Origin: Alphaproteobacteria bacterium
Lineage (GTDB): Bacteria; Pseudomonadota; Alphaproteobacteria; Caulobacterales; Parvularculaceae
Direction of reading: 5' to 3'
DNA length: 64,000 nt
Assembly: GCA_030426465.1 (NCBI GenBank)
Contig: JAUHYK010000008.1
Span: forward strand, 4,756-68,755
Each line of letters opens with the position of its first letter. Position 1 is the stretch's first letter. The notes beneath the pieces are model-generated. The model was not told the origin of the DNA and did not search any database. It saw nothing but the letters and a program-made list of their open reading frames with translations. Of the stretch, positions 1 to 9,723 are shown in pieces. A program made the position numbers and the translations under genes.

Positions 1-24
1 AAGGAAATCTTGACGCCCTCTAGG

Positions 25-40
25 TAAACTGATCAGTGTA
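25..40. promoter_or_regulatory. Near-perfect 16-bp palindrome (TAAACTGATCAGTGTA), candidate repressor operator
   Basis: Perfect core ACTGATCAGT at 28-37, just downstream of TTGACG (10-15) and about 100 bp upstream of the diiron protein start. Confidence 0.4.
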
Positions 41-136
41 GTAGTGTTGAGCCAGCGCGACGGACCGTAGAGTTCAGAAGAAAAACCATCAGCGCGGCCC
101 TGATCTGCTTTGAGCCAGTTTTGGGAGGAACCACAT

Positions 137-1249
137 ATGGCGTCTTTGCGCGAGCTCTATCCGATCCCCGATATCGATCCTTGCTGGACTGTGCCCCAGG
201 ACTTCGAAACGACGTTCGACTGGGAGTATGACGACGGCCGCAAGCAGATGATGCACCTTTATCAGAAGGGCAAGGACATGCAGTGGGATGCGCTCGACCG
301 CATCGACTGGACCCTTGAGCTCGATGAAGAAAATCCGATGCAGATCCCGGACGAGATGGGCGGCCTGATCAACACGCCAGTCTGGGGCAAGATGAACAAC
401 AAGGAGCGCGCGGAGCTGCGTCGGCATGTGCAGGCGTGGACGACCTCGCAATTCATGCAGGGCGAACAGGCGGCGCTGATCTGTGCGGCGAAGATTGTCC
501 AGCAGGTGCCTGACCTCGACGCCAAATTCTACGCTTCGACGCAAGTCATGGACGAAGCCCGTCATGTAGAGGCTTACAAAAAGCTGCTGCATTGTTTCGG
601 CGTCGCTTATCCGATGACCCATCCATTGCAGACGCTGGTCGATCAGGCGTTGCGCGACTCGCGCTGGGATATGACCTATCTCGCCATGCAGGTGGTGATT
701 GAGGGGCTGGCGCTTGCGGCCTTTAACAATATCCGCGAGACGTCGCAGAACCCGCTGGCGCAACAGGTCAACGCCTATGTGATGGAAGATGAATCCCGTC
801 ACGTCGCTTTTGGCCGGCTGACGCTGAAAGAATATTATCCGCATCTGACGCAGGCTGAGCGCGACGAGCGCGAAGAGTTTCTGGTTGAGGCTTGCTATCA
901 TATGCGCGACCGCTTTGAGGCGCGCGAGCTTTATCAAAGCCTCGGCTTGCCGGTGGACGAGATTGTCGAAGCGCAGAACGCCTCGGGCTACCAGAAAATG
1001 TTCCGCACCATGCTGTTCCAGCGGATCGTGCCGATCGTGCGCGATATCGGCCTCTGGTCCGACAAAATCCAGGCGGCTTACGGAGAAATGGGCGTGCTCG
1101 GATTCGCCGATATTGATTATGGCGAGCTGTCCAAGCGTGACGAAGAGCGCGCTGAGGAGTTTGATGAGATCAACAAGCGCAAGCGGCAGGAATATGTCGA
1201 GGGTGTTGCGGCGCTCGGCGCTTCAGGCGGCGTCGCGGCGGCGGAATAG
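137..1249 (+). CDS. Ferritin-like diiron carboxylate protein (AurF/RNR-beta-like oxygenase family)
   Basis: Two ExxH motifs (DEARH, DESRH) plus QGE and IEG ligand helices; GGAGG SD before ATG 137. Confidence 0.8.
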   Translation: MASLRELYPIPDIDPCWTVPQDFETTFDWEYDDGRKQMMHLYQKGKDMQWDALDRIDWTLELDEENPMQIPDEMGGLINTPVWGKMNNKERAELRRHVQAWTTSQFMQGEQAALICAAKIVQQVPDLDAKFYASTQVMDEARHVEAYKKLLHCFGVAYPMTHPLQTLVDQALRDSRWDMTYLAMQVVIEGLALAAFNNIRETSQNPLAQQVNAYVMEDESRHVAFGRLTLKEYYPHLTQAERDEREEFLVEACYHMRDRFEARELYQSLGLPVDEIVEAQNASGYQKMFRTMLFQRIVPIVRDIGLWSDKIQAAYGEMGVLGFADIDYGELSKRDEERAEEFDEINKRKRQEYVEGVAALGASGGVAAAE

Positions 1250-1264
1250 GTCTTCCAACCTTCA

Positions 1265-1308
1265 AAAACAAAAAAGCGCGTCCTTGTTCGGGCGCGCTTT
1301 TTTGTTTT
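1265..1308. terminator. Bidirectional intrinsic terminator
   Basis: AAAACAAAAAAGCGCG-TCCTTGTTCGGG-CGCGCTTTTTTGTTTT between convergent genes. Confidence 0.85.
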
Positions 1309-1325
1309 CAGCAAATTGAATTCGC

Positions 1326-2006
1326 TCAGACGCCGGAAAGATTATTGATGAGTGGTCTTGGCGCCGGGGAGGCGTAATTTTCCGAGAGGTCGCGGTCGAG
1401 CCGGTCAGCCAGCCCGTCGGCGGCTTCGCCCAGATCGCGGATCGCGGTGTTGTAAGCTTCGCGAATAGCGTCGAGACGATCATCGTCCACGCGCTCGCCA
1501 AGCTTTTCAATCTGGTGAGCGGCGCTCACATAAATCTGGCGGTTTTCACGCAGAGTCTGAATGGCGTCTTCAACGATCGCGACGTCATTGCCCGTAAGGC
1601 GCGGCGCCGTGACAGCGCTTTCCGCGACGCCCAAAAGCCGCTCAGCAGCCTCGAGATTGGACTTGGCGTCTGATTCCAGCCGGGAAAAGCGTTCGCCCTC
1701 GGGCTGTAGCGTGCTCGCATAGACCTCGGCGGCGTCGCTCTTGGAAAAGCCGTCATCAATAGCGCCAACGGTCATGCGCGAAACAAAAGAGACGGGCTCG
1801 GGCTTTGGCCAGGGCGCATCCGCCACATCGCGCGCCGCGTCGGCGAGAAGGTCGCGCTCGGCGGCTGGTTGATATTTAACGCTGGATTGAGAGGAAACAG
1901 GGTTCACCGCGCATCCGCCGGTCAACGCCGTGAAAGTCAACGCTAATACCATCGCCGCGAAAGTCCGATTAAACGACTTGGCGGCCTGAACGCCCCTGAT
2001 CACCAA
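1326..2006 (-). CDS. Hypothetical lipoprotein
   Basis: Hydrophobic leader ending LTGGC; helical body; start uncertain. Confidence 0.65.
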   Translation of the reverse strand: MVIRGVQAAKSFNRTFAAMVLALTFTALTGGCAVNPVSSQSSVKYQPAAERDLLADAARDVADAPWPKPEPVSFVSRMTVGAIDDGFSKSDAAEVYASTLQPEGERFSRLESDAKSNLEAAERLLGVAESAVTAPRLTGNDVAIVEDAIQTLRENRQIYVSAAHQIEKLGERVDDDRLDAIREAYNTAIRDLGEAADGLADRLDRDLSENYASPAPRPLINNLSGV

Positions 2007-2089
2007 ACTCTTATCCCACAGAAAGACTTGTTACACATGCCTCTCCCCACTAAACGCTAACCGATTGAAAAAGGCTTGTCAGCAGGGAA

Positions 2090-3040
2090 ATGACCGCGCT
2101 CCGCAATTTATATCCGCCATTTGAGCCGTTCGACGCCGGTATGCTGCGCGTCAGCGATGTCCATGAACTCTATTATGAAGTTTCCGGCGCGCCCGGCGGC
2201 AAGCCTGTCGTGGTTTGTCATGGCGGCCCGGGCGGCGGTTCCACGCCGTCCATGCGGCGTTATTTCGACCCTTCGAATTATCGTATTGTTCTTTTCGATC
2301 AGCGCGGTTGCGGCAAGTCGCAGCCCCACGCTGACCTGACCGACAATACAACATGGCATCTTGTCGAGGACATGGAGAAATTGCGGCGGCATTTGGGCAT
2401 TGAGCGCTGGCAAGTGTTTGGCGGCTCGTGGGGGTCGACGCTTGCGCTCGCTTATGCGCAGACCCATCCGGATGTCGTGACCGAACTGGTGTTGCGCGGG
2501 ATTTTCACGCTCCGCCGGGCCGAACTCTTGTGGTTTTATCAGGAAGGGGCGAGCTGGCTCTTTCCCGATCTCTGGGCGAAATATCTGGCGCCGATCCCCG
2601 AGGAAGAGCGCGGCGACCTGATCGCCGCCTATTACAAGCGGCTGACGGGAACCAACCGGGCGGAGCAGATGCGCGCCGCCAAGGCGTGGAGCATGTGGGA
2701 GGGCGGCACGGTCTCGCTTCTGCCTTCCGATGAGCGGGTGCAGGCGTTTTCAAGCGACGCCTTCGCGCTCGCCTTTGCTCGCATCGAGGCGCATTTTTTC
2801 CAGCATGGCGGTTTTTTCGAGCGCGATGATCAGATCCTGGCCAATATTGACCGCATACGGAATATTCCAGGTGTCATCGTGCAGGGGCGTTACGACGTCT
2901 GCACGCCCGTGAAAACGGCGTGGGATCTGCACAAGGCCTGGCCCGAGGCGGATTTCAAACTCATCGATGACGCCGGACACGCGGCGTCCGAACCGGGGAT
3001 CATTGATGCGCTGGTCCGCGCGACGGATCGGTTTGCGTGA
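2090..3040 (+). CDS. pip: Proline iminopeptidase (peptidase S33)
   Basis: HGGPGG, FDQRGCG, GGSWG nucleophile, QGRYD and C-terminal GH motifs. Confidence 0.95.
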   Translation: MTALRNLYPPFEPFDAGMLRVSDVHELYYEVSGAPGGKPVVVCHGGPGGGSTPSMRRYFDPSNYRIVLFDQRGCGKSQPHADLTDNTTWHLVEDMEKLRRHLGIERWQVFGGSWGSTLALAYAQTHPDVVTELVLRGIFTLRRAELLWFYQEGASWLFPDLWAKYLAPIPEEERGDLIAAYYKRLTGTNRAEQMRAAKAWSMWEGGTVSLLPSDERVQAFSSDAFALAFARIEAHFFQHGGFFERDDQILANIDRIRNIPGVIVQGRYDVCTPVKTAWDLHKAWPEADFKLIDDAGHAASEPGIIDALVRATDRFA

Positions 3041-3133
3041 TTGTGCGTTAAGGGTGAAATCACGCAGGAAGTGTTATTTTTTCCGTGTACAAAATAAATT
3101 TCTGCAACGCTATTCGCCCATTGTATAGTCGTC

Positions 3134-3343
3134 ATGAGCTTCCCATCTAAGGGTGGCGCCGGCAAATCAGTGCCGATGCAAATGGAAGTTCAGAAAATGT
3201 TTAAAAAAAGCGATAATCAAGGCGATAAAACCCCGAAACAAGCTGAAGTAAAAGGCGCTGAAAAGGCGCCGGTTGCAGCTAATGAAGCTGCCAAGGCTGA
3301 GGAAACGACAACGCCTGCAACGGCCGAAGTCAAAAAAGCTTAA
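3134..3343 (+). CDS. Small Lys/Ala/Glu-rich disordered protein (alternative start 3197, 48 aa)
   Basis: Open frame followed immediately by a terminator; no family recognised. Confidence 0.45.
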   Translation: MSFPSKGGAGKSVPMQMEVQKMFKKSDNQGDKTPKQAEVKGAEKAPVAANEAAKAEETTTPATAEVKKA

Positions 3344-3352
3344 AAGCTCAAT

Positions 3353-3381
3353 GGAGAGGCTTCGTGCTTCTCCGCATTTTT
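3353..3381 (+). terminator. Intrinsic terminator
   Basis: GGAGAGGC-TTCGT-GCTTCTCC stem followed by GCATTTTT. Confidence 0.6.
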
Positions 3382-3506
3382 ACCAAAACGACGCTTACAA
3401 CACCCTCGCGCCTCGCCGGCTGCGAGGGTGATGCTGCGCATATATCTGGCGAGCAGTTCACCCGGCCGCCTTCTGCTATGCGGCGCACGGCAATAAGGAT
3501 ATTTTT

Positions 3507-4391
3507 ATGAACAATCTTAGAGCAGGTTTTATTGATGTTCGCCGGGCGGTTTCGACGCTTGCGCTCATGCTTGTGGTTCTTGTTTTCGCAGGAGTTGCAT
3601 CAGCGCAGGAGTCCGCGCCTCCCGCCAATTCGATCAGCAAAGGCTATCTTGGGGGGTGGGAATGCGCGCGAGGATTTACGAAACGATCTGATGCGTGTGT
3701 TGAAATCGCAATTCCCGAAAACGCATACGCCACGAACTCCTCTTATGACCGCGGCTGGGAGTGTCGGTATGGATATCGCCGCGAGGGAGAGGCCTGTATC
3801 GAGGTTACTTTGCCTGACAACGCCTATTTATCATCGCTTGGTTTTCAATGGAGTTGCGTTCGCGGATTTCAGAAGGTCGATACGTCGTGCCAGCTTATTA
3901 CTGTTCCAGAGAACGGATATCTTTCCGGCGAAAGCTTTGGTTCAGGCTGGGAGTGCGAAAGAGGATTTCGCGTCAGCGAGAATGAGTGTGAGCCTATAGT
4001 TGTTCCGGAAAACGGCTATGCAACAAATTCAACTTATGGCCGGGGATGGGCCTGTGAGCGCGGATATAAAGAACGCGCTGGCGAATGTGCGCGGCTCGTG
4101 GCTCCGGCGAATGGATTTTTGGTGTATGGGCTTAGCGGAAGCGATTGGAATTGCGATCGCGGCTATAAAGTGGCCAGGGACGCTTGTGAGAAAGTGGTCG
4201 TTCCGGAGGGCGGCTATCTTACGGGCGCGTCATACGGCGCCGGCTGGCAGTGTGAGCGCGGGTTTCAGTCCAATGGCGCGGCTTGCATCGCTGTCAGGGT
4301 GCCTGAAAACGCGCATCTGGATTACGCTGGAGACGGATGGGAGTGCGACGCTCCATACAGGCGCAATAATGATAGCTGCGTAGACGCATGA
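3507..4391 (+). CDS. Secreted Cys-rich tandem-repeat protein (8 repeats of ~29-33 aa)
   Basis: Signal peptide ending ASA-QES; repeat PxNxY...GWxCxRG[FY]x5C visible eight times. Confidence 0.8.
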   Translation: MNNLRAGFIDVRRAVSTLALMLVVLVFAGVASAQESAPPANSISKGYLGGWECARGFTKRSDACVEIAIPENAYATNSSYDRGWECRYGYRREGEACIEVTLPDNAYLSSLGFQWSCVRGFQKVDTSCQLITVPENGYLSGESFGSGWECERGFRVSENECEPIVVPENGYATNSTYGRGWACERGYKERAGECARLVAPANGFLVYGLSGSDWNCDRGYKVARDACEKVVVPEGGYLTGASYGAGWQCERGFQSNGAACIAVRVPENAHLDYAGDGWECDAPYRRNNDSCVDA

Positions 4392-4407
4392 CTGTTTTCA
4401 TGTGCCC

Positions 4408-4548
4408 TTAGCTAGTTTTCCCGCCTTTTTTCTTTGGCTTTCCGTGAAAGACTTCTGTCGTTTGCGAGACCGACTGTTCAACCTTCTTGGGTTTGTTTTG
4501 TTTGGGTTTCTTGGCTTCTTTGTTGCTGCGTTGTTGGCCTTTGGCCAT
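4408..4548 (-). CDS. 46-aa Lys-rich small protein MAKGQQRSNKEAKKPKQNKPKK... (not in ORF track)
   Basis: AAGGA SD, ATG at 4548, TAA at 4408-4410; N-terminus resembles a recurrent alphaproteobacterial small basic protein family (from memory). Confidence 0.65.
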   Translation of the reverse strand: MAKGQQRSNKEAKKPKQNKPKKVEQSVSQTTEVFHGKPKKKGGKTS

Positions 4549-4897
4549 GACAGAAATTCCTTTTTTGTTATGGCTACTGAAGAGCCCGCGACTGTGTGTT
4601 GAGCGGTGCTTGAGATTGCGCTCTCAGCCCAAAGATCAGCCTGCCGGATATGCACACCGGCAGGCGATCAGTCTCCCCCAAGTTTTGTAGTGTTAGATTA
4701 GCGCTATCAGCGAATGCCAGTTGCTGAAGAATCGCGAATTGTTCGGGTCGTCATCATCTAATGCGCCTGAATCTACGTAAAGGCAATCGAATTTCCGTAT
4801 ACGAAATATATTTTCGCAATATTAATATCCGTTGACGGCATGCGCTGATAAGACATGAAGGCGCAAGTGACTAAATTAGCAACATAGGAGATTTTGC

Positions 4898-5065
4898 ATG
4901 ATGACTAAATTCATAGATAAAGAAACTGAGGATGGCGCGGCGCAGGCGATGCGGGAATATGGCGTGAAACGCATCCCGGTCGATTATTTTCATGTCGGTG
5001 GTTATCGCTACACTGATATGAAGGACGCCATCGCACAGGCAAAAAGGACAAAAAAGAAATCTTAA
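4898..5065 (+). CDS. 55-aa small protein MMTKFIDKETEDGAAQAMREYGVKRIPVDYFHVGGYRYTDMKDAIAQAKRTKKKS (not in ORF track)
   Basis: AGGAG SD at 4886-4890; YGVKRIPVDYFHxGGYRYT resembles a recurrent small-protein family (from memory). Confidence 0.7.
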   Translation: MMTKFIDKETEDGAAQAMREYGVKRIPVDYFHVGGYRYTDMKDAIAQAKRTKKKS

Positions 5066-5077
5066 GGCGGGCTTTGC

Positions 5078-5821
5078 CTAAAGTGGGCAATAGGCCGCTG
5101 CGCTGATGCGCTTTTGTCCGGGCTCCTGCACGATCAGGGCGCAGCTCTCACCCTCTGACGGTTTTTCAACCCACAGCTCGCCGCCGCGTTTGCGGACAAG
5201 GCCGAGGCGGCGAATGCCGGTCACGACATTGGCTTCTTCGAAAATTTTGCCGGTGTTGGCGCCGCCGGTAATGCGCGTCGATGTGCGTTTTTTAAAAGTC
5301 ACGAGATAGGCGTTGCCGCCCGCGTCGCTTTCGCCGATTTCAAACTGCATTCCGCCGCGCGAGAGCGATCCCTCAATCGGCGCGCCGGTTCGCGGCGCCG
5401 CATCGATCAGGGTGCTTATCTTTTCTTTCTTGCCGCCCACCGTTTCCATCTCGCCGCCGACGACAATCTGCGGCGTATAGATCGAGCTTTTGTGGCGGAT
5501 GTTCTTGTTGTAGCGCTTCTGGCGCGTGGTGAATTCCGATTTTGAGTAAGGGTCCTCCCAGCGGCCATTGGCGGAACTGGTCATGTTCCAATAGTCGATA
5601 TGCCAGGACAGGGCGACGACATCATCGCGTTCGGCGATCTCCGGGAAAAGCGCCGCCGCCGGTGGGCACATGGAGCAGGCCTGCGAAAGGAATAACTCCA
5701 CCAGAACAGGCGGCTGCCCGTCTGTGGAGGAGGATTCCTGTGCCGGCGCTGGCTTCACAGTCAGGCTCAATCCCGCTGCTGCGCTGCAGAACGCGCGCAA
5801 AAAATACCGATTTGACGTCAT
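5078..5821 (-). CDS. DUF1223 family secreted thioredoxin-like protein
   Basis: VELFLSQACSMCPPA, LSWHIDYW, YTPQ motifs; signal peptide. Confidence 0.9.
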   Translation of the reverse strand: MTSNRYFLRAFCSAAAGLSLTVKPAPAQESSSTDGQPPVLVELFLSQACSMCPPAAALFPEIAERDDVVALSWHIDYWNMTSSANGRWEDPYSKSEFTTRQKRYNKNIRHKSSIYTPQIVVGGEMETVGGKKEKISTLIDAAPRTGAPIEGSLSRGGMQFEIGESDAGGNAYLVTFKKRTSTRITGGANTGKIFEEANVVTGIRRLGLVRKRGGELWVEKPSEGESCALIVQEPGQKRISAAAYCPL

Positions 5822-6002
5822 CAACACCCTCAGAAAGCGTTACGCGCTCTCTCCCTTCTGGTATTTTGCCGCGCAACCAGCGCGCGATCAAACCAATAAT
5901 GCTCACAAGCCCGCGATTTCGCGCCGATATCGCAGCCTCATTGCATTGCCGAGCCCGCCCGCCTAAATAGCGGCGCTTGCATAATATAAATGACAAGAGA
6001 CC

Positions 6003-7382
6003 ATGACCGATCCGCGGCCAAAACAAGGTAAATCCGTCTTCATCCGCACCTATGGGTGCCAGATGAATGTCTATGATTCCGAGCGTATGGCGGGTCTGTT
6101 GAAGCCTCTGGGCTACGCTGTCGCCGACGCGCCGGAGGCGGCGGATCTTGTCATCCTCAACACATGTCATATCCGCGAGAAGGCTGCCGAGAAGGTCTAT
6201 TCCGACCTTGGGCGCCTCAAACAGCTCAAAACCGACAAGGCCAAATCTGGCGTCGATATGAAGATCGCTGTCGCGGGTTGCGTCGCCCAGGCTGAAGGAG
6301 CGGAGATCACACGCCGCGCGCCGGTGGTCGACATGGTGGTGGGCCCGCAAGCCTATCACCGCCTCCCGGAACTGATCGCCCGCACTGCCCGTGAGCGCGG
6401 CGATATTCTGGATACGGACTTTGCTGTTGAAGAAAAATTCGACCGTCTCGCGGAACGCAAGACAGACGGGCCGACGGCGTTCCTGACGGTGCAGGAGGGT
6501 TGCGACAAGTTCTGCACGTTCTGCGTCGTTCCCTATACGCGCGGCGCCGAGGTTTCGCGCAATGTGGACGCGATTGTCGCCGAGGCGCGCTCGCTCGCGT
6601 CGCAGGGTGTTCGCGAAATCACGCTGCTGGGTCAGAATGTGAACGCCTGGGGCTCAGCTCCGCCCGCCGGTGTCGCAGGAGATGAATGGGGGCTGGGAGA
6701 ACTCTGCCGTCATCTGGCGAAAATCGACGGGATCGACCGCATCCGGTTCACCACCTCTCACCCGCGCGATATGGATGACGGGCTTATCGCAGCCTTCGCT
6801 GAGGAGGAGAAGCTGATGCCTTATCTCCACCTTCCGGTGCAGGCGGGCTCGGACAAAATTCTCAAAGCGATGAATCGCGGCCATACCGCCGAGCACTACG
6901 TCAAACTGATTGAGCGCATCCGCGCCGCCCGGCCCGATATCGCCCTTTCCGGCGACTTTATCGTCGGTTTCCCTGGCGAAACGAGTGAGGATTTTGAAGC
7001 CACATTGGCCCTCGTCGACGCGATCGGCTACGCCTCGGCCTACTCGTTCAAATATTCCCGCCGGCCCGGCACGCCCGGCGCAGCGATGCCCAAACAGGTG
7101 GCCGAAGACGAAAAGAATGACCGTCTTGCGCGACTTCAAAGTCTTCTCGAGGTCCAGCGTCAGGCCTTTAATCAGGCCCGCATCGGGTCCGAACTGCCGG
7201 TATTGTTTGAAAAGCCCGGCCGTAAGGAAGGTCAGCTCATTGGCCGCTCGCCCTATTTGCAAAGCGTTCACGTTGAGGCGCCACAATCTTGTCTTGGAAA
7301 GATTGCTAAGGTGAAGATTGAAGGCGTAACGCCGAACGCCCTTGCGGGCGCTATATTGAAAAGGGAAGAGGCCGCCGCTTGA
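6003..7382 (+). CDS. miaB: tRNA-2-methylthio-N6-dimethylallyladenosine synthase
   Basis: [22 protein letters not shown] radical-SAM motif, C-terminal TRAM domain. Confidence 0.97.
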   Translation: MTDPRPKQGKSVFIRTYGCQMNVYDSERMAGLLKPLGYAVADAPEAADLVILNTCHIREKAAEKVYSDLGRLKQLKTDKAKSGVDMKIAVAGCVAQAEGAEITRRAPVVDMVVGPQAYHRLPELIARTARERGDILDTDFAVEEKFDRLAERKTDGPTAFLTVQEGCDKFCTFCVVPYTRGAEVSRNVDAIVAEARSLASQGVREITLLGQNVNAWGSAPPAGVAGDEWGLGELCRHLAKIDGIDRIRFTTSHPRDMDDGLIAAFAEEEKLMPYLHLPVQAGSDKILKAMNRGHTAEHYVKLIERIRAARPDIALSGDFIVGFPGETSEDFEATLALVDAIGYASAYSFKYSRRPGTPGAAMPKQVAEDEKNDRLARLQSLLEVQRQAFNQARIGSELPVLFEKPGRKEGQLIGRSPYLQSVHVEAPQSCLGKIAKVKIEGVTPNALAGAILKREEAAA

Positions 7383-8341
7383 GCGAACAGAAATCTTCAG
7401 GCGAAATCGAGCATATCGACTTTGACGACAATCGTCTGGTCGCGGCCCTTTCCGGCGAACATGACGCCCATCTCTCCATTCTCGAAGACGCCCTTGATGT
7501 GCGCATCAATCCCCGCGGCAACCGCTTCGCGGTGACCGGCGCCGTTGACGCGCGCAGGCGCGCCATTGCGGCGTTGTCCTCGCTTTATGCGCGGCTTGCC
7601 CGAGGCGAGGCGGTGGGCGCCGGCGAGGTGCGCGCGGCGGCGAAACTGTCCGAAGCGCCGGTGGAGGTTCATTCCATGAGCCCGGGAATCAAAACACCGA
7701 AGCGATTGATTACGGCGCGCACGCCCAATCAGGCGGCGTATTTGCACGCCCTGTCGGAAAGCGATCTTACTTTTGGCGTTGGCCCCGCCGGCACGGGCAA
7801 AACCTACCTTGCCGTTGCTCATGCGGTGGGCCTGTTGTTATCGGGACAAGTCGAACGGATCATTCTGTCGCGGCCCGCCCTTGAGGCTGGTGAGCGCATC
7901 GGTTTCCTGCCCGGTGAAATGCGCGAAAAACTCGACCCCTATATGCGCCCGCTTTACGACGCGCTGCATGATATGATGCATGCGGATTATGTAGAGCGGC
8001 GCATCGCAGCAAATGAAATTGAGATTGCCCCCATCGCCTTCATGCGTGGACGCACGCTCGCCAGGGCTGCGGTCATTCTTGACGAAGCGCAAAATGCGAC
8101 GCCGGCGCAGATGAAAATGTTCCTCACCCGTCTTGGCGAGGGCGCCCATATGGCGATCACCGGCGACCCGACCCAGACGGACCTTCCGTCGGGAGAGGTT
8201 TCCGGGCTCGCCGACGCACTGAGCATTCTCTCGGGCGTGAAGGGCGTCGCCGAGGTGCGTTTCGAGGCGTCCGACGTCGTGCGCCATCCTCTGGTTGCGC
8301 GCATTATCGCCGCTTATGAAAGCCGTGGCGCCCAGAAATGA
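7379..8341 (+). CDS. phoH: PhoH-family ATPase (YbeZ)
   Basis: [19 protein letters not shown]; position in miaB-phoH-ybeY. Confidence 0.95.
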   Translation: MSEQKSSGEIEHIDFDDNRLVAALSGEHDAHLSILEDALDVRINPRGNRFAVTGAVDARRRAIAALSSLYARLARGEAVGAGEVRAAAKLSEAPVEVHSMSPGIKTPKRLITARTPNQAAYLHALSESDLTFGVGPAGTGKTYLAVAHAVGLLLSGQVERIILSRPALEAGERIGFLPGEMREKLDPYMRPLYDALHDMMHADYVERRIAANEIEIAPIAFMRGRTLARAAVILDEAQNATPAQMKMFLTRLGEGAHMAITGDPTQTDLPSGEVSGLADALSILSGVKGVAEVRFEASDVVRHPLVARIIAAYESRGAQK

Positions 8342-8351
8342 CCATCGGACG

Positions 8352-8804
8352 ATGATTGAGGCCGTGATTGAAGATGAGGGCTGGACTGCGATCCTACCGG
8401 ACGCGGCCGCGCTTGCTGAGGAGTGCCAGCGCCATGCGGCGGCGTTCGAGGCGTCGATCGGGCGCGAGATCGCTCTTTTATTCTGCGATGACGCCGCCAT
8501 GACCGACCTCAATTCCCGCTTTCGCGACAAGGATGGGGCCACCAATGTCTTGTCTTTTCCCTCCGGAGAAGACGAGGGGTTCCTTGGGGACATCGCTCTT
8601 GCGCGCGAGACCTGCGCGGCGGAAGCGGCCGAGAAAGAGATTCCATTGCGCGATCATGCGGCCCATCTCATTATCCATGGCATGCTCCATCTGATCGGTT
8701 ATGATCATGAGACGGAAGACGAAGCCGTCGAGATGGAGCGGCGCGAAACGGAGATTTTGTCGGTCATGGGCGTCGCGGACCCTTATGGCCAGGCTGGCGG
8801 ATGA
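8352..8804 (+). CDS. ybeY: rRNA maturation endonuclease
   Basis: TNVLSFP, LGDI, HGMLHLIGYDH; ATG 8352 preferred to the ORF-track start. Confidence 0.95.
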   Translation: MIEAVIEDEGWTAILPDAAALAEECQRHAAAFEASIGREIALLFCDDAAMTDLNSRFRDKDGATNVLSFPSGEDEGFLGDIALARETCAAEAAEKEIPLRDHAAHLIIHGMLHLIGYDHETEDEAVEMERRETEILSVMGVADPYGQAGG

Positions 8805-8825
8805 GAAAGATAAGCGGCGAAGCGA

Positions 8826-9719
8826 ATGACGATTGACGATAGCAGTGACGAAAACGGAATCGGCGACAGTATTATAGCGCGGCTGCGCTCGATGATTGGC
8901 AAGCCCGGCCGCGCAGAAGATATCGCCGCCTTCGAAAATGGCGAAGAGGCGGCTGCGCTTGTGTTCGATCAGGCCCGGCGCGAAATGATCGAGCGGGTCA
9001 TCGCCTTTGACGAAAAGAAAGTTTTCGACGTGATGGCGCCGCGCGCTGACATCGCCGCGGTCGACATCGATACGCCGCTGCAAGAACTGATACGGCTGTT
9101 CTCTGATGCGGGTCATTCGCGCATGCCGGTTTATCGCGGCGATCTCGATGATCCCGTCGGGATGGTGCATCTCAAAGACGTCATCGGCCTCATCGCTGAC
9201 GACGCCAAACCTTTGCCGGCTTCGGGGCCGATTTTGAAAACCTTGCGCCGGGATGTGCTTTATGTGCCGCCCTCTATGCGCGTCACCGATCTGCTCCTGC
9301 GCATGCAGGCGTCTCGCATTCACATGGCGCTCGTCATCGATGAATATGGCGGTACTGACGGGCTCGTCACTATCGAAGACCTCGTTGAAGAGATCGTCGG
9401 TGAAATCAATGACGAACATGACGACGAGGATGAACTTGTTATCGCCGCTTTGCCGAGCGGCGGCTGGGAAGTGGATGCGCGCGTCGAGCTTGATGACTTC
9501 GAAGAAGAAACCGGACTTCATCTCGATACGGAGGATGATGAGATCGACACAGTCGGCGGCTACGCTGTTTCGCTGGCGGGCCGCGTGCCCCAGCGTGGAG
9601 AAGTGTTGTCCGCTCCCAATGGCTTCGACTTCGAGGTGACCGAAGGCGATGCGCGCAAGGTCAGGAAGTTGCGCATCCGACCGTCCGCCGCGAATGCGCC
9701 GGGCAAGGCTGCGGAGTAG
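8826..9719 (+). CDS. corC: HlyC/CorC CBS-domain transporter-associated protein
   Basis: Tandem CBS domains (HSRMPV, VIDEYGG, TIEDLVEEIVGEI) and CorC_HlyC C-terminus. Confidence 0.9.
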   Translation: MTIDDSSDENGIGDSIIARLRSMIGKPGRAEDIAAFENGEEAAALVFDQARREMIERVIAFDEKKVFDVMAPRADIAAVDIDTPLQELIRLFSDAGHSRMPVYRGDLDDPVGMVHLKDVIGLIADDAKPLPASGPILKTLRRDVLYVPPSMRVTDLLLRMQASRIHMALVIDEYGGTDGLVTIEDLVEEIVGEINDEHDDEDELVIAALPSGGWEVDARVELDDFEEETGLHLDTEDDEIDTVGGYAVSLAGRVPQRGEVLSAPNGFDFEVTEGDARKVRKLRIRPSAANAPGKAAE

Positions 9720-9723
9720 GCGT

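Noticed and set aside
3158-3176. c-di-GMP-I riboswitch suggested by GGCAAA
   Set aside because: No GNRA-capped P2, tetraloop receptor or GCAAAG junction
4398-4655. 85-aa minus-strand and 66-aa plus-strand ORFs of the track
   Set aside because: The other minus frame (4408-4548) has the SD and a recognisable N-terminus
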